Notes: generated from the sequence alone by a model not told the origin. Numbered from the stretch's first letter, positions 36,884 through 47,475 are shown. The stretch: 64,000 nt of DNA from Comamonas sp. lk (GCA_945865675.1 CAMBFO010000003.1:1909-65908); one strand, 5' to 3'. A program made the numbers and translations.

Positions 36884-38593
36884 TTAAGCCGCCGGTCGAA
36901 ACTGCAGGCGCGGTGCTGCCGCCAAAAGCTGGCGCGTGTAATCGGACTGCGGCTGCGCGTACAAAGTGGCTGCATCGCCTTGCTCAAGCACTTTGCCTTG
37001 GTGCATCACCAGCAGCGTATCGGCCATGTGGCGCACCACGTCCAGATCGTGCGAGATAAACAAATAGCTCAGCGCCAATTGGGCCTGCAGGTCTTTGAGC
37101 AGGTTGAGCACCTGTGCCTGCACCGACACATCCAGCGCTGAGACTGCCTCGTCGAGCACCAGCACCTGCGGCGATAAGCTCAGGCTGCGTGCAATCGCAA
37201 TGCGCTGGCGTTGCCCGCCCGAGAACTCAAAAGGGTAGCGCCCCATGCTGCTGGCGGGCATGCCCACCTGGTCGAGCAGGCGCTGCGCGATCAGCTTACG
37301 CCCCGCTGCATCCCCGCCCAGACCGTGCAGGCGCATGGGTTCATCCAAAACCTCGGCCACGGTAAAACGCGGATTGAGCGAGGCATAGGGGTTCTGGAAA
37401 ACGATTTGTAAATGCCGCTTGTAAGGCGCAAATTCAGCCTTGGACAGCGCCAGCAGATTGCGCCCCTGCATGAGCACTTGGCCAGCGCTGGCCTGGTGCA
37501 GGCGCAGCATGGCCAGACCCACCGTGGTTTTACCCGAGCCCGATTCACCCACCAGACCAACCGTTTGGCCCCTGAACATGGAAAAACTCACATCCTCGAC
37601 CGCCACAAACTGCTTTTTGCCAAACCAGGAGCCGCCCACATCGAAAACTTTGCGCAAGTGACGCACTTCAAGCAGGGGCGTATCGTTGGCCGCTGGCGCA
37701 GCGGGCGTCGCCACCTGGACGGGAAGTCTTTGGGCAGGGGCGTCGGTGGCCTCGGACTGTATCCAGTCGTCGATAGTTAATAGGCGTTGGCCCACGCGCT
37801 CGGGGCTGGGGCGGCAGCTGAGTAAGGCCTTGGTGTAGGCGTCTTGTGCTTGGGTAAAAATCTGTTGCACCGGGCCTGACTCGCGCACCTGGCCGTGGCG
37901 CATGACTACCACCTCGTCGGCGATCTCGCTCACCAAACCCAGATCGTGGGTGATAAAGAGCATAGCCATTTTGCGGCGCTGGCGCAGTTCGGCCAGCAGT
38001 TGCATGATCTGGCGCTGGACCGTCACGTCCAGCGCGGTGGTGGGCTCATCAGCGATCAGTAGCTCGGGCTCGCAGGCCAGGGCCATCGCAATCATGACGC
38101 GTTGCTGCTGGCCACCCGAGAGCTCGTGCGGATAGGCATTTTGGCGGCGCGCCGCTTCGGGGATACCTACTTCCTCCAGCAAAGCCTGCGCCCGACTGCG
38201 CGCTTGCTTGCGGCCCATGCCTTCGTGCACGCGCAGCATCTCGGCCAATTGGAAGCCGACGGTGTAGACCGGGTTGAGCGAGCTCATCGGGTCCTGGAAA
38301 ATCATGGACATGTGCTTACCGCGGATGCGCTGCCAATCGCTCAGCCCCAGGCCCATGAGTGAGCGACCCTGAAACTGCAGCCGGGTCTGCGCACCGATGC
38401 GCGCGTTGTGCTGGGGCAAGAGCCCCATCACTGCGAGGGCGCTGACCGATTTGCCGCTGCCCGACTCGCCCACCAAAGCCAGCGTGCTCTCGCTGCGCAG
38501 GCTAAAGCCCACGCCGTCGACCGCGCGCACCGGGGCGCGCGAGGTGCTGACAAAGTCCACCGTCAGTTGTTCGACCTGGAGTAAAGTGGTCAT
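36884..38593 (-). CDS. Dipeptide/oligopeptide ABC transporter, fused double ATPase
   Basis: Two GESGSGK Walker A motifs, LSGGQ/FSGGQ signatures, DEPTTALD. Confidence 0.93.
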   Translation of the reverse strand: MTTLLQVEQLTVDFVSTSRAPVRAVDGVGFSLRSESTLALVGESGSGKSVSALAVMGLLPQHNARIGAQTRLQFQGRSLMGLGLSDWQRIRGKHMSMIFQDPMSSLNPVYTVGFQLAEMLRVHEGMGRKQARSRAQALLEEVGIPEAARRQNAYPHELSGGQQQRVMIAMALACEPELLIADEPTTALDVTVQRQIMQLLAELRQRRKMAMLFITHDLGLVSEIADEVVVMRHGQVRESGPVQQIFTQAQDAYTKALLSCRPSPERVGQRLLTIDDWIQSEATDAPAQRLPVQVATPAAPAANDTPLLEVRHLRKVFDVGGSWFGKKQFVAVEDVSFSMFRGQTVGLVGESGSGKTTVGLAMLRLHQASAGQVLMQGRNLLALSKAEFAPYKRHLQIVFQNPYASLNPRFTVAEVLDEPMRLHGLGGDAAGRKLIAQRLLDQVGMPASSMGRYPFEFSGGQRQRIAIARSLSLSPQVLVLDEAVSALDVSVQAQVLNLLKDLQAQLALSYLFISHDLDVVRHMADTLLVMHQGKVLEQGDAATLYAQPQSDYTRQLLAAAPRLQFRPAA

Positions 38594-38603
38594 GGCAGGC
38601 CTC

Positions 38604-39656
38604 TTATTGAACGACTTTGGGGTCCAGCGCATCGCGCAGGGCGTCGGTGAGCAAGGACAGGGCGGTGACAAACAAAGACATGGCCAGCGTGGCGCAAAGC
38701 AGCTGCCACCAAATGCCGACCAATAAATCGTTTTGCGCCTCGGTCAGCATGGTGCCCCAGGAGACGCCGTCCACCGGCACACCAAAGCCCAGGTAGGACA
38801 AGATCACCTCGGCCTTGATACAGGCCACCGTTAATAGCGAGTACTGCACCAGAATCACATGGCTGACGTTGGGCAGGATGTGCACAAACATGCGCCGCAT
38901 ATTGGAGGCGCCAATGGCATCGGCAGCGCGCACGTACTCGCGCTCGCGATGCTTCATAAACTCGCCGCGCATCAGGCGGTACATGCCGGTCCAGCCGGTC
39001 GAGCCCAGAATCACCACCACGGCCGCGCTGCCCTTGGTATTGAGCACCGCCGCAATCGCCAAAATCAGCAAAATGCCGGGGATGGCGTGAAACACGTTGT
39101 ACAGCCAATTGCTCAGGTCATCGACCCAGCCGCCAAACCAGCCTGAAACTGCGCCCAGCAAAGCACCCAACACCGTCGCGACCAGCGCCGCAGCCAGGCC
39201 GACCAGCACACTCGTCTCGGCGCCTTTAATGGTTTTGCTCAGCACATCGCGTCCCCATTTGTCGGCCCCCATGGGAAGGTGCGTGGCCAGCACGTCGGGC
39301 TTTTCGCCAGCCGGCTTGACGGCCATCTGCGCCTGCGCCCACTCTTTAGCAATCGGGTCGAGCACATCGGTATGGCTGGGTGTGTAGTCGAGCACGTCTG
39401 CAAGCAGCTGTGATGGGCCGCCGCCCTCACTACTTGCGCCAGTCGCCCAACTTGGCGGCGCGTGGCCGATGGCCACCTCCTTTTCCCAGTCGGCTGCAAC
39501 AAGGCCCGTGGCCGTTAACGCGACCAGGAGCAAAAAACACAACACGGTGCAGGCGCTCCACACACCGATGCGGTCGGCACGAAAGCGTTGCCAGGCTAAA
39601 CGCCAGGCGCCGGGGCTGGCTTGAACAGAGTTGTCGGAGTGTGGGGAAAGTGTCAT
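38604..39656 (-). CDS. Peptide ABC transporter permease (DppC/OppC-like)
   Basis: GADKWGRDV, EYVRAADAIGAS, HILPN, RDALDPK. Confidence 0.92.
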   Translation of the reverse strand: MTLSPHSDNSVQASPGAWRLAWQRFRADRIGVWSACTVLCFLLLVALTATGLVAADWEKEVAIGHAPPSWATGASSEGGGPSQLLADVLDYTPSHTDVLDPIAKEWAQAQMAVKPAGEKPDVLATHLPMGADKWGRDVLSKTIKGAETSVLVGLAAALVATVLGALLGAVSGWFGGWVDDLSNWLYNVFHAIPGILLILAIAAVLNTKGSAAVVVILGSTGWTGMYRLMRGEFMKHREREYVRAADAIGASNMRRMFVHILPNVSHVILVQYSLLTVACIKAEVILSYLGFGVPVDGVSWGTMLTEAQNDLLVGIWWQLLCATLAMSLFVTALSLLTDALRDALDPKVVQ

Positions 39657-39665
39657 GGCGGCTCT

Positions 39666-40604
39666 TTAGCGCAACTGCACGCGCGGATCGGTCAAACGGT
39701 AGAGCAAGTCTCCCATCAGGTTAAACACCATGGTGGCCAAGGCTACATACACCGTGACTGCTTTGATCACCGGAAAATCACTGCGTTCCACCGCCAAAAT
39801 AATCTCACGGCCCACGCCAGGTATGCCGAAAAACCGCTCCAGCAAAAAGGCTCCTAGCAGCAGGCCAGGAATGTTGGAGATGACAAAGGTAATGACCGGA
39901 ATCAGCGCATTGCGCAGCACATGCACAAACATCACCCGTGCCTCGGACAGGCCTTTGGCGCGGGCCGTACGCACATAGTCCTGGTCCACCTCGTCGAGCA
40001 CAAAGGTGCGAAACAAGCGGGTATGCGGCGCCACGCCCACCAATAAGCCGAGCAAGATCGGCAAAGGCGCGTAGGTGCTGAGGTTTTTCCACAGGCCGTC
40101 GCCCCAGCCTTGCACCGGAAAGAGGCCCCAGCGGTAGGCCAGCAGGTATTGGCCCACGATGATGAACACCAAAATACTCACCGACATCAAGAGCGTGAAA
40201 AACACCATCACGCCCCGGTCCAGGCGCGAACCGCGCACCCAAGACAAGCCCACCGCCAGCACCAGGCAGACCACGGTTTCGATCACCAAGAGCGGCAGCA
40301 TCAAGGTCAGCGAGGCCGGCAAACGCGAGGCAAACAGCTGCGCAACCGGTTCGCCCGTGGTCCAGCTGGCGCCAAAGTCGAATGTGGCTACCTGTTTGAC
40401 AAAAATCCACAGTTGTACATACAGCGGCTCGTTCAGGCCCAGCGCGGTGCGGATGCTCTCGATTTGCTCCTGGTTGGACATCAGCCCGGCCAGTACATAG
40501 GCCGGATCGCCACCCACCCAGTTGAACAAGAAAAACACCAGCAAAATCACCCCGGCCATCGTGGGCAGCATCTGCCACAGGCGTCGTGCGACGTAGGCGT
40601 ACAT
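39666..40604 (-). CDS. Peptide ABC transporter permease (DppB/OppB-like)
   Basis: GDPA, DYVRTARAKGL, HVLRNALIP, DPRV. Confidence 0.93.
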   Translation of the reverse strand: MYAYVARRLWQMLPTMAGVILLVFFLFNWVGGDPAYVLAGLMSNQEQIESIRTALGLNEPLYVQLWIFVKQVATFDFGASWTTGEPVAQLFASRLPASLTLMLPLLVIETVVCLVLAVGLSWVRGSRLDRGVMVFFTLLMSVSILVFIIVGQYLLAYRWGLFPVQGWGDGLWKNLSTYAPLPILLGLLVGVAPHTRLFRTFVLDEVDQDYVRTARAKGLSEARVMFVHVLRNALIPVITFVISNIPGLLLGAFLLERFFGIPGVGREIILAVERSDFPVIKAVTVYVALATMVFNLMGDLLYRLTDPRVQLR

Positions 40605-40606
40605 AT

Positions 40607-42436
40607 TTATTTCTCCCCGCCCGTGGTCGGGCGAATGTCCATGAACTTCCAGCCGTTGCTCACCAAGGGGTGCTGGCGGTAGCCCTCCACATGGGCATGG
40701 CCCAGGCGGGTGGAAATCCGGGTTGAACTCAGGCCGAGTGCACCATAAACCTCCATGATCCGGTACAAATTGCGCAGCACTTGCGTGCGCTCCGGTCCGT
40801 CAGGCAAGCGCTTGAGGCGTTCAAACTCTTGGTCGTACTCGGCGCTTTCAAAGCAGGCGTAATTGCTTTGCCCGATGGTTTTGGAGGACAGCAGCCCCAT
40901 CACAAACTCCGCCTCTGAAGCGCCAATCCAACCCAAACCCCAAGACGAGAGCGAACAAGTCTTGCCTTGTTTGAGCATTTCGGCGAACTTGTCTTTTTTG
41001 ACCTGCAGGCGGATACCCAGGCGGCCCATAGATTTTTTCCACAGCTCATCACGCTCACGGTCGATGGAGGAGGTAGATGAATGTATTGTGAAAATCAAAG
41101 GCTTGCCATCGGGGTGCGTGCGGTAGCCATGCGAATCTTTCTTGTAGCCGAACTGGTCCAGCAAGGCATTAGCCTGCAGCGGACTAAAGCGCACGATGCT
41201 GCGGTAGTCGGGGTCATGCCCCGGTATCACCGGCGAGACCATTTGCTGCGCCCGGATGGCCTGGCCCTTGCGGATCACACGGATTTCCTCGTCCACGTCA
41301 AAGCCCAAGATGATGGCCCGGCGCAGCGCGATTTTCTCGGGTGTGTAGCCGCCAACAACTGGGTCGCGCAGGTTGAAGAACTGGTAGGTGATGTCGGCCT
41401 CGACGGAGCGGTACATCTGTACACCCGCGCTGCTCAGGGAGGGCAGCAAATGGTTCTCGCGGTCGAGTGCCTTTTCGATAAAACTGGGCGGAACGGTGAC
41501 GATGTCGATTTCCTTGCCGCTAAAGGCCAGCCACATGGACTGGGGTTCTTCAATGATGCTGATCTCCACGCGCCCTATCTGCGGCATGCTGCGCCCTTGC
41601 ATCCGAGTGGCAATCGCGACGTCTTGTGCATTTTGCGCATCGGTCTTGAAATTCCATATAAAACCAGGGTAGGTCGGGTTGGCGCGTAGCGTGATCTTGG
41701 AGCCACGCACCCAGCTATCGAGCACATAGGGCCCGGTGCCCACCGGATGCGCCATGGTGCCCTCGGGCCCATAGGCCTCCACCACCTCGCGCGCCATGCC
41801 ACCGGCGTAGGGGCTGGTGAGCAAAGTGAGGAAGTTGCGGTCAGCCCGTGTCAGTCGGATGTGCAAGGTGTAGCGGTCGCTGGCATAAATGCCGGGATGG
41901 CGCTGCTCGTAATTCATGCCCTCTTTGGCCGCCTGGCGGCGGGCGGCGGCAAAGCCCTCAATCTTGTCGTCCAGGTCGGCCACCCGGGGCGACTTGTTCT
42001 TGGGGTCGATATGGCGCAGCAAGGTGTAGACAAAGTCCTGCGCCGTCAACTCGCGCTTTTGGCCCTTGAAAGCCGGGTCGGCCGAAAAGTACAGCCCCTT
42101 GCGGATTTTGAAGGTGTAGAGCGTGCCGTCTTCCGTGACTTCGGGCAACGCCTGCGCGGCATCGGCCACGATGGTGCTGGGCCGGGCCATCCAGTCGTAA
42201 CTGACCAGGGGCTGAAAAATACCCGAGTTCACGATGTTGGAGTACAGATCGCTCACGCGCACCGGGTCAAAACCCGTCTCGGCCGCCGGAAAGGCCATAC
42301 GCAACACCTTGGCCGGATCGGCCGGATTGGTGCCGGCCTGGGCACTACCGAAAAACAGGCTGGCGATACAAGCCCATGTGGCAACCCAAGCGCGGGTCCA
42401 ATGTGTCGGCATAGCAGGCAAAACCAAACGCAGCAT
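40607..42436 (-). CDS. ABC transporter substrate-binding protein, family 5
   Basis: AETGFDP, ELTAQDFVY, HPVGTGPY, GGYTPEKIALRRAI; exact start uncertain. Confidence 0.88.
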   Translation of the reverse strand: MLRLVLPAMPTHWTRAWVATWACIASLFFGSAQAGTNPADPAKVLRMAFPAAETGFDPVRVSDLYSNIVNSGIFQPLVSYDWMARPSTIVADAAQALPEVTEDGTLYTFKIRKGLYFSADPAFKGQKRELTAQDFVYTLLRHIDPKNKSPRVADLDDKIEGFAAARRQAAKEGMNYEQRHPGIYASDRYTLHIRLTRADRNFLTLLTSPYAGGMAREVVEAYGPEGTMAHPVGTGPYVLDSWVRGSKITLRANPTYPGFIWNFKTDAQNAQDVAIATRMQGRSMPQIGRVEISIIEEPQSMWLAFSGKEIDIVTVPPSFIEKALDRENHLLPSLSSAGVQMYRSVEADITYQFFNLRDPVVGGYTPEKIALRRAIILGFDVDEEIRVIRKGQAIRAQQMVSPVIPGHDPDYRSIVRFSPLQANALLDQFGYKKDSHGYRTHPDGKPLIFTIHSSTSSIDRERDELWKKSMGRLGIRLQVKKDKFAEMLKQGKTCSLSSWGLGWIGASEAEFVMGLLSSKTIGQSNYACFESAEYDQEFERLKRLPDGPERTQVLRNLYRIMEVYGALGLSSTRISTRLGHAHVEGYRQHPLVSNGWKFMDIRPTTGGEK

Positions 42437-42551
42437 GGGGGTGGGTCTCCGGGTAGGGGGCCAAGGCAGCGGGCATCATAAAGTAAGCCGCAGCGCATGG
42501 GTTTGGGTGCTTGGCCTTGGTGCAGCGCGCGCTATCTATTACAGTGGGCTG

Positions 42552-44618
42552 ATGACGCACGCCAACAATCCCCTCCTGTCCTCTTGGGACACACCCTTCC
42601 AGGTACCGCCTTTCGCATCTATTGCGCCGCAGCATTTTTTGCCGGCATTTAATGCCGCTTTTGCCGCCCACCAAGCCGAGATCGAGGCCATCGCAGCCAA
42701 CCCCGCCCCTGCCGACTTTGACAATACCTTGCTGGCCCTGGAGTCGGCCGGCCAGTTGCTGGCGCGCTGCCGCTCGGTGTTTTTCAATTTGGTGGCCTCG
42801 CACAGCTCGGACGCTTTGCGTGCGCTAGAGCGGGAAATTGCCCCCCGGCTGGCCGCCCACCAAGCCGCATTTTTTCTGCATGCCGGCTTGTTCGCCCGCA
42901 TCGAGTCCGTCGCCCGCAACAGCGCCGCGCTGGACGCGCAAAGCCAGCGTCTGCTGTCGCGTTACCTACTGGACTTTGAGCGCGCAGGTGCCCGCTTGGC
43001 CCCAGCCCAGCGCAAGGAATTTGCGGCCAATGCCGAGCGCCTGGCCCGCTGCTTCACCCAGTTTTCACAAAACGTGCTGGCCGACGAGTCGGCTTTTCAG
43101 ATGGTATTGCGCACACCCGAGGAACTGGCCGGGCTACCGGCTTTTGTCGTCTCCGCAGCGCGCCAGGCGGCTACCGAGCGGGGCGTCGAAGGCGCGGACG
43201 CCCACGTCATCACGCTGTCGCGTTCGTCCATCACGCCCTTCATGATGTTTTCCGAGCGGCGCGACCTGCGCCAGCACATCTGGCAGGCCTGGTGCGCGCG
43301 CGGTGAACACAGCGGCGCGCACGACAACCGGCCGCTGATGCGCGAGATCCTGCAACTGCGCTTAGCCCAGGCGCGCTTGCTGGGCTACGCCGATTTCACG
43401 GACTTTGCCCTGGCCGACACCATGGCCGGCCACCACGGCGCGGTGCGCGACTTGCTGATGCGCGCCTGGGAGCCGGCGCAGCGCAAAGCGCTGCAGGAGC
43501 GTGCCGCACTGGCTGCGCAAGCGAGCGAGGAAACCGGTGTGGCCTGGACCAGCGAAGACATTCAGACCTGGGACTGGCACTACTGGACCGAGAAAGTGCG
43601 CCAGCGTGCCTATGCGCTCAATGAAGCCGAGATCAAACCGTTTTTGCAACTCGAGCGCCTGACCGAGGCGATGTTTTATGTGGCCGGGCGCCTTTTCGGA
43701 CTGCGCTTTGCGCCACGCAGCGATATCGCCACCTACCACGACAGCGTCAAGGCCTGGGAAGTGTGCGATGCCGATGGCCGCCATGTGGGCGTGTTCTTGG
43801 GCGACAACTTTGCCCGTAGCGGCAAGCGCTCGGGCGCCTGGATGAGCACCTACCGCGACCAAAGCGAGCTGCCCACCGCCGTGCGCCCGATTGTGGTGAA
43901 CAACAATAACTTTTCGCAGGCCGCCGCGGGCGAGCCCACCTTGCTCAGCCTGGACGATGCGCGCACTTTGTTCCATGAGTTTGGCCACGGCTTGCATGGA
44001 CTGCTTTCGCAATGCCGTTTCCGCCGCCTTTCGGGCACCAGCGTACTGCGCGACTTTGTCGAGTTCCCTTCGCAAATTTTTGAGAACTGGCTGCTCCAGC
44101 CAGAAATTTTGCAACGCTTTGCCACCCACAGCCAAAGCGGCGAGCCTATGGGCCAGGCATTGCTCGAGAAAATTTTGGCGGCGCAGACCTTTAACCAAGG
44201 TTTTGCTACCGTCGAGTACCTGGCCTCCGCCTTGGTGGATCTGGACTTGCACCAGCGCACCGATCCGGATGCGCTGGACTTGCAAGCATTTGAGCGCGAC
44301 ACTTTGCAGGCGCTGGCAATGCCATCGGGCATCGGCATGCGCCATCGCTTGCCGCACTTCTCGCATCTGTTTTCGTCCAACGGCTATGCCTCGGCGTACT
44401 ACGTCTATATGTGGGCCGAGGTGCTAGACGCGGATGGCTTTGACGCTTTCTTGGAAAAAGGCGATGTACTCGACCCGGCTTTGGGCCAGTCCCTGCTGCG
44501 CCATGTGTATGCCGCAGGCAACCAGCAAGCGCCTATGCAAGCCTATGTTGCCTTTCGCGGCCGCCCGCCGGCGGTCGAACCCATGCTGCGCAAGCGTGGC
44601 CTACTCACCTCTGCCTGA
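42552..44618 (+). CDS. M3 family metallopeptidase (Dcp-like)
   Basis: NPLL, KRSGAWM, FHEFGHGLH, DFVEFPSQ..E, YY.YMWAEVLDAD, FRGR. Confidence 0.93.
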   Translation: MTHANNPLLSSWDTPFQVPPFASIAPQHFLPAFNAAFAAHQAEIEAIAANPAPADFDNTLLALESAGQLLARCRSVFFNLVASHSSDALRALEREIAPRLAAHQAAFFLHAGLFARIESVARNSAALDAQSQRLLSRYLLDFERAGARLAPAQRKEFAANAERLARCFTQFSQNVLADESAFQMVLRTPEELAGLPAFVVSAARQAATERGVEGADAHVITLSRSSITPFMMFSERRDLRQHIWQAWCARGEHSGAHDNRPLMREILQLRLAQARLLGYADFTDFALADTMAGHHGAVRDLLMRAWEPAQRKALQERAALAAQASEETGVAWTSEDIQTWDWHYWTEKVRQRAYALNEAEIKPFLQLERLTEAMFYVAGRLFGLRFAPRSDIATYHDSVKAWEVCDADGRHVGVFLGDNFARSGKRSGAWMSTYRDQSELPTAVRPIVVNNNNFSQAAAGEPTLLSLDDARTLFHEFGHGLHGLLSQCRFRRLSGTSVLRDFVEFPSQIFENWLLQPEILQRFATHSQSGEPMGQALLEKILAAQTFNQGFATVEYLASALVDLDLHQRTDPDALDLQAFERDTLQALAMPSGIGMRHRLPHFSHLFSSNGYASAYYVYMWAEVLDADGFDAFLEKGDVLDPALGQSLLRHVYAAGNQQAPMQAYVAFRGRPPAVEPMLRKRGLLTSA

Positions 44619-44627
44619 AAGCTGTTG

Positions 44628-45605
44628 ATGTCTGACAACGCCTACCAACGCGGCCGCCTGGATTTACCTTTTGTCGGCCACTGCACTTTTGCTAAATCCC
44701 CCGCCTGCGTGGACTGGAACGCGATTGATGCCGATGTTGCTGTGATCGGCGTGCCCAATGACATGGGTACGCAGTGGCGGCCCGGTGCGCGCTTTGGTCC
44801 GCGTGCCATCCGCGAGGCCTCCACCTTGTTTTCCTTTGGCCATGCCGGCGCCTACGACCATGAGGACGATGTGATGTACCTCACGCGCGACCAAGCGCGC
44901 ATCGTGGATGTGGGCGATGCCGACATCGTGCACACCGATATGCACAAAAGCCATGCCAATACCGAATACGCCATCCGCAAAATTTTGGCCTCTGGCGCGA
45001 TGCCGCTGGTACTGGGTGGTGACCATTCGGTGCACGCACCGGTGATCAAGGCTTTTGACGGCATGGGCCCTATTCATATCGTGCATTTCGACGCGCACCT
45101 GGACTTTGTGGACGAACGCCATGGCGTGCGCTACGGCCACGGCAACCCGCTGCGCCGCGCCTCTGAGATGGACCACATCACCGGCATGACGCAGCTGGGC
45201 ATACGCAATGTCTCTTCCTCTAACCGCGATGACTATGACGCCGCACGGGCTGCCGGTTCGCAAATTTATTCTGTCCGCCAGGTGCGCAAGATGGGCGTGG
45301 CCGGTGTACTGGCCGCGATCCCCGAGGCAGCGCAGTACTACTTCACCATCGACATCGACGGCTTTGACCCGTCTATCGCGCCAGGCACCGGCACGCCCAG
45401 CCACGGCGGCTTTTTGTATTACGAGGTCTTGGAAATCATCGAGGCGCTGGTCAAGCGCTGCCAAGGCAGGATTGTGGGCATGGACTTGGTGGAGGTGGCC
45501 CCGGCCTACGACCCGACGGGCATCACTGCCATCCTGGCCGCACAGTTGCTGCTCAACAGCCTGGGATTTATTTTTCACCAGCGCCAACTGTCTAAGCAGG
45601 GCTAA
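44628..45605 (+). CDS. Agmatinase/ureohydrolase family protein
   Basis: RPGARFGP, GGDHS, DAHLD, DIDGFDPS.APGTGTP; substrate not determinable. Confidence 0.88.
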   Translation: MSDNAYQRGRLDLPFVGHCTFAKSPACVDWNAIDADVAVIGVPNDMGTQWRPGARFGPRAIREASTLFSFGHAGAYDHEDDVMYLTRDQARIVDVGDADIVHTDMHKSHANTEYAIRKILASGAMPLVLGGDHSVHAPVIKAFDGMGPIHIVHFDAHLDFVDERHGVRYGHGNPLRRASEMDHITGMTQLGIRNVSSSNRDDYDAARAAGSQIYSVRQVRKMGVAGVLAAIPEAAQYYFTIDIDGFDPSIAPGTGTPSHGGFLYYEVLEIIEALVKRCQGRIVGMDLVEVAPAYDPTGITAILAAQLLLNSLGFIFHQRQLSKQG

Positions 45606-45701
45606 GGCCCCCTGGTGTCGTAGCGCTGGCACGGCTGCCCGCCTGCTACCCCTGGCCAAAAAAGCCTTGACCGCTGCCCCCGGCCTGGCACTAGAATGGT
45701 T

Positions 45702-45864
45702 CGGTCAGGAGAGAGTCGCAAGACCGCCGAAGGCTGAACGCTCAGGCAAAAGGACTGACTAATCATTCTGTTGGAGAGAGGCAGCCTTTCGCGGCTGTCC
45801 ACCGAAGGGGCAATGCGCCGGCATGGGTCGGCGTTGAATCTCTCAGGTAAAGCGGACAACAGGG
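45702..45864 (+). ncRNA. Tandem glycine riboswitch (aptamer 1 about 45702-45760, aptamer 2 about 45766-45864)
   Basis: Two GGAGAG...CCGAAG...CTCAGG units directly upstream of gcvT. Confidence 0.92.
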
Positions 45865-45869
45865 TTCCC

Positions 45870-45897
45870 GGCTTGCCTTGCTTAGGGCAGGCCTTTT
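45870..45897 (+). terminator. Intrinsic terminator, probable riboswitch expression platform
   Basis: GGCTTGCCTT-GCTT-AGGGCAGGCC stem followed by TTTT, between aptamer 2 and the gcvT start. Confidence 0.65.
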
Positions 45898-45911
45898 GTC
45901 TGGAGCCTTGT

Positions 45912-47054
45912 GTGTCTGAACCCCATCCCACCCCGCCCCCTGCGTCCTTGCTCCGCACCCCCCTCTACGATCTGCACCTGTCGCTGGGCGCCCGCATGGT
46001 GCCATTTGCTGGCTACAGCATGCCGGTGCAATACCCCGCCGGGGTACTGGCCGAACACCTGCACACCCGCGCCCAAGCCGGCCTATTTGACGTATCGCAT
46101 ATGGGCCAGCTTTTGCTATCGGGCTCTCAGGCGGCGCAGGCTTTTGAGCAACTGGTGCCCGCTGATGTCATTGGCCTAGCACCAGGCCGCCAACGCTACG
46201 GCATGCTGCTCAATGCGCAAGGCGGCATCCTGGATGACCTGATGTTCAGCCGTCGCGAAGACGGTATTTTTGTGGTGGTGAACGGCGCCTGCAAACAGGC
46301 CGACATCGCCCATATCCAGGCGTACATTGGCGCGCAATGCAGCGTCACCCCCATGCCCCAATACGCTTTGCTGGCATTGCAAGGCCCTGCTGCGGTGACC
46401 GCATTGCAGCGCCTGGTGCCCGGCGTGCAAGCCATGGTGTTTATGGAGGGCGCAAGCTTCACTTGGCAAGGCCATGCGCTCTACGTTACGCGCTCTGGCT
46501 ATACCGGCGAGGATGGTTTTGAAATCTCCGTGCACCAGGACGGCGCGAGCGCGCTGGCCCAGGCCTTGCTGGCCCAGCCCGAGGTCATGCCCATAGGCCT
46601 GGGCGCGCGCAATTCGCTGCGCCTGGAGGCCGGTTTGTGCTTGTACGGCAATGACATGGACGCAGCCACCACACCCTTAGAGGCGCAGCTGATGTGGGCG
46701 ATTCAAAAAGTGCGACGCGAGGGCGGCGCCCGCGCGGGTGGATTTGTGGGCGCTGAGGCGTTGTTTGCGCAGATGCAGCAGGGCGCCGACCGCTTGCGTG
46801 TGGGCTTGCGCGCGCTAGAGCGCATACCGGTGCGCGAGCCCGCCTTGCTGGAAGACGCCCAAGGCCAAAGCGCCGGTGCGGTGTGCAGCGGCCTCTTAGG
46901 TCCCAGCGCGGATGCGCCGATTGCCATGGCCTATGTGCCGCACGTTTGCACGACACTAGGCACACCGCTGTTTGCACTGGTGCGCGGCAAGCGCGTGCCT
47001 ATGCAGGTCTGCGCCATGCCTTTTGTTCCCCACCGTTACCGCCGGGCTGCTTAG
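45912..47054 (+). CDS. gcvT: Glycine cleavage aminomethyltransferase T
   Basis: LFDVSHMGQ, GGILDDL, RSGYTGEDGFEI, GLGARNSLRLEAGLCLYG; GTG start with GGAG RBS. Confidence 0.96.
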   Translation: MSEPHPTPPPASLLRTPLYDLHLSLGARMVPFAGYSMPVQYPAGVLAEHLHTRAQAGLFDVSHMGQLLLSGSQAAQAFEQLVPADVIGLAPGRQRYGMLLNAQGGILDDLMFSRREDGIFVVVNGACKQADIAHIQAYIGAQCSVTPMPQYALLALQGPAAVTALQRLVPGVQAMVFMEGASFTWQGHALYVTRSGYTGEDGFEISVHQDGASALAQALLAQPEVMPIGLGARNSLRLEAGLCLYGNDMDAATTPLEAQLMWAIQKVRREGGARAGGFVGAEALFAQMQQGADRLRVGLRALERIPVREPALLEDAQGQSAGAVCSGLLGPSADAPIAMAYVPHVCTTLGTPLFALVRGKRVPMQVCAMPFVPHRYRRAA

Positions 47055-47109
47055 CCTATTTCGATTGCACCATTTCACTAACTTCATCTACTCGCCAAAA
47101 GGATAATTT

Positions 47110-47475
47110 ATGAGCCTCCTCTATACCGCTGACCATGAATGGGTTTCCAATGACAACGGCAGTGCCGTGGTTGGCATCACGCACCATGCGCAAGACGCGC
47201 TGGGTGATGTGGTGTTTGTCGAACTGCCCGAAGTGGGCAAGACTTTTTCCCAAGGCGATGTCACTGGCGTGGTCGAGTCGGTGAAAGCCGCTGCCGATGT
47301 GTACATGCCGGTCTCGGGCGTGATCGTCGAAGTGAACGAAGCCCTGCGCGACAACCCGTCCTTGGCCAATACCGACCCGCAGGGCGAAGGCTGGTTTTTC
47401 AAGGTGCGCCTGAGCGACCCCGGCCAGCTGACCGCGCTCATGGACGAGGCCGCCTACAAGGCTATGACGGCCTAA
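47110..47475 (+). CDS. gcvH: Glycine cleavage H protein
   Basis: HEW, GITHHAQDALGDVVFVELP, VESVKAAAD lipoyl-Lys. Confidence 0.97.
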   Translation: MSLLYTADHEWVSNDNGSAVVGITHHAQDALGDVVFVELPEVGKTFSQGDVTGVVESVKAAADVYMPVSGVIVEVNEALRDNPSLANTDPQGEGWFFKVRLSDPGQLTALMDEAAYKAMTA

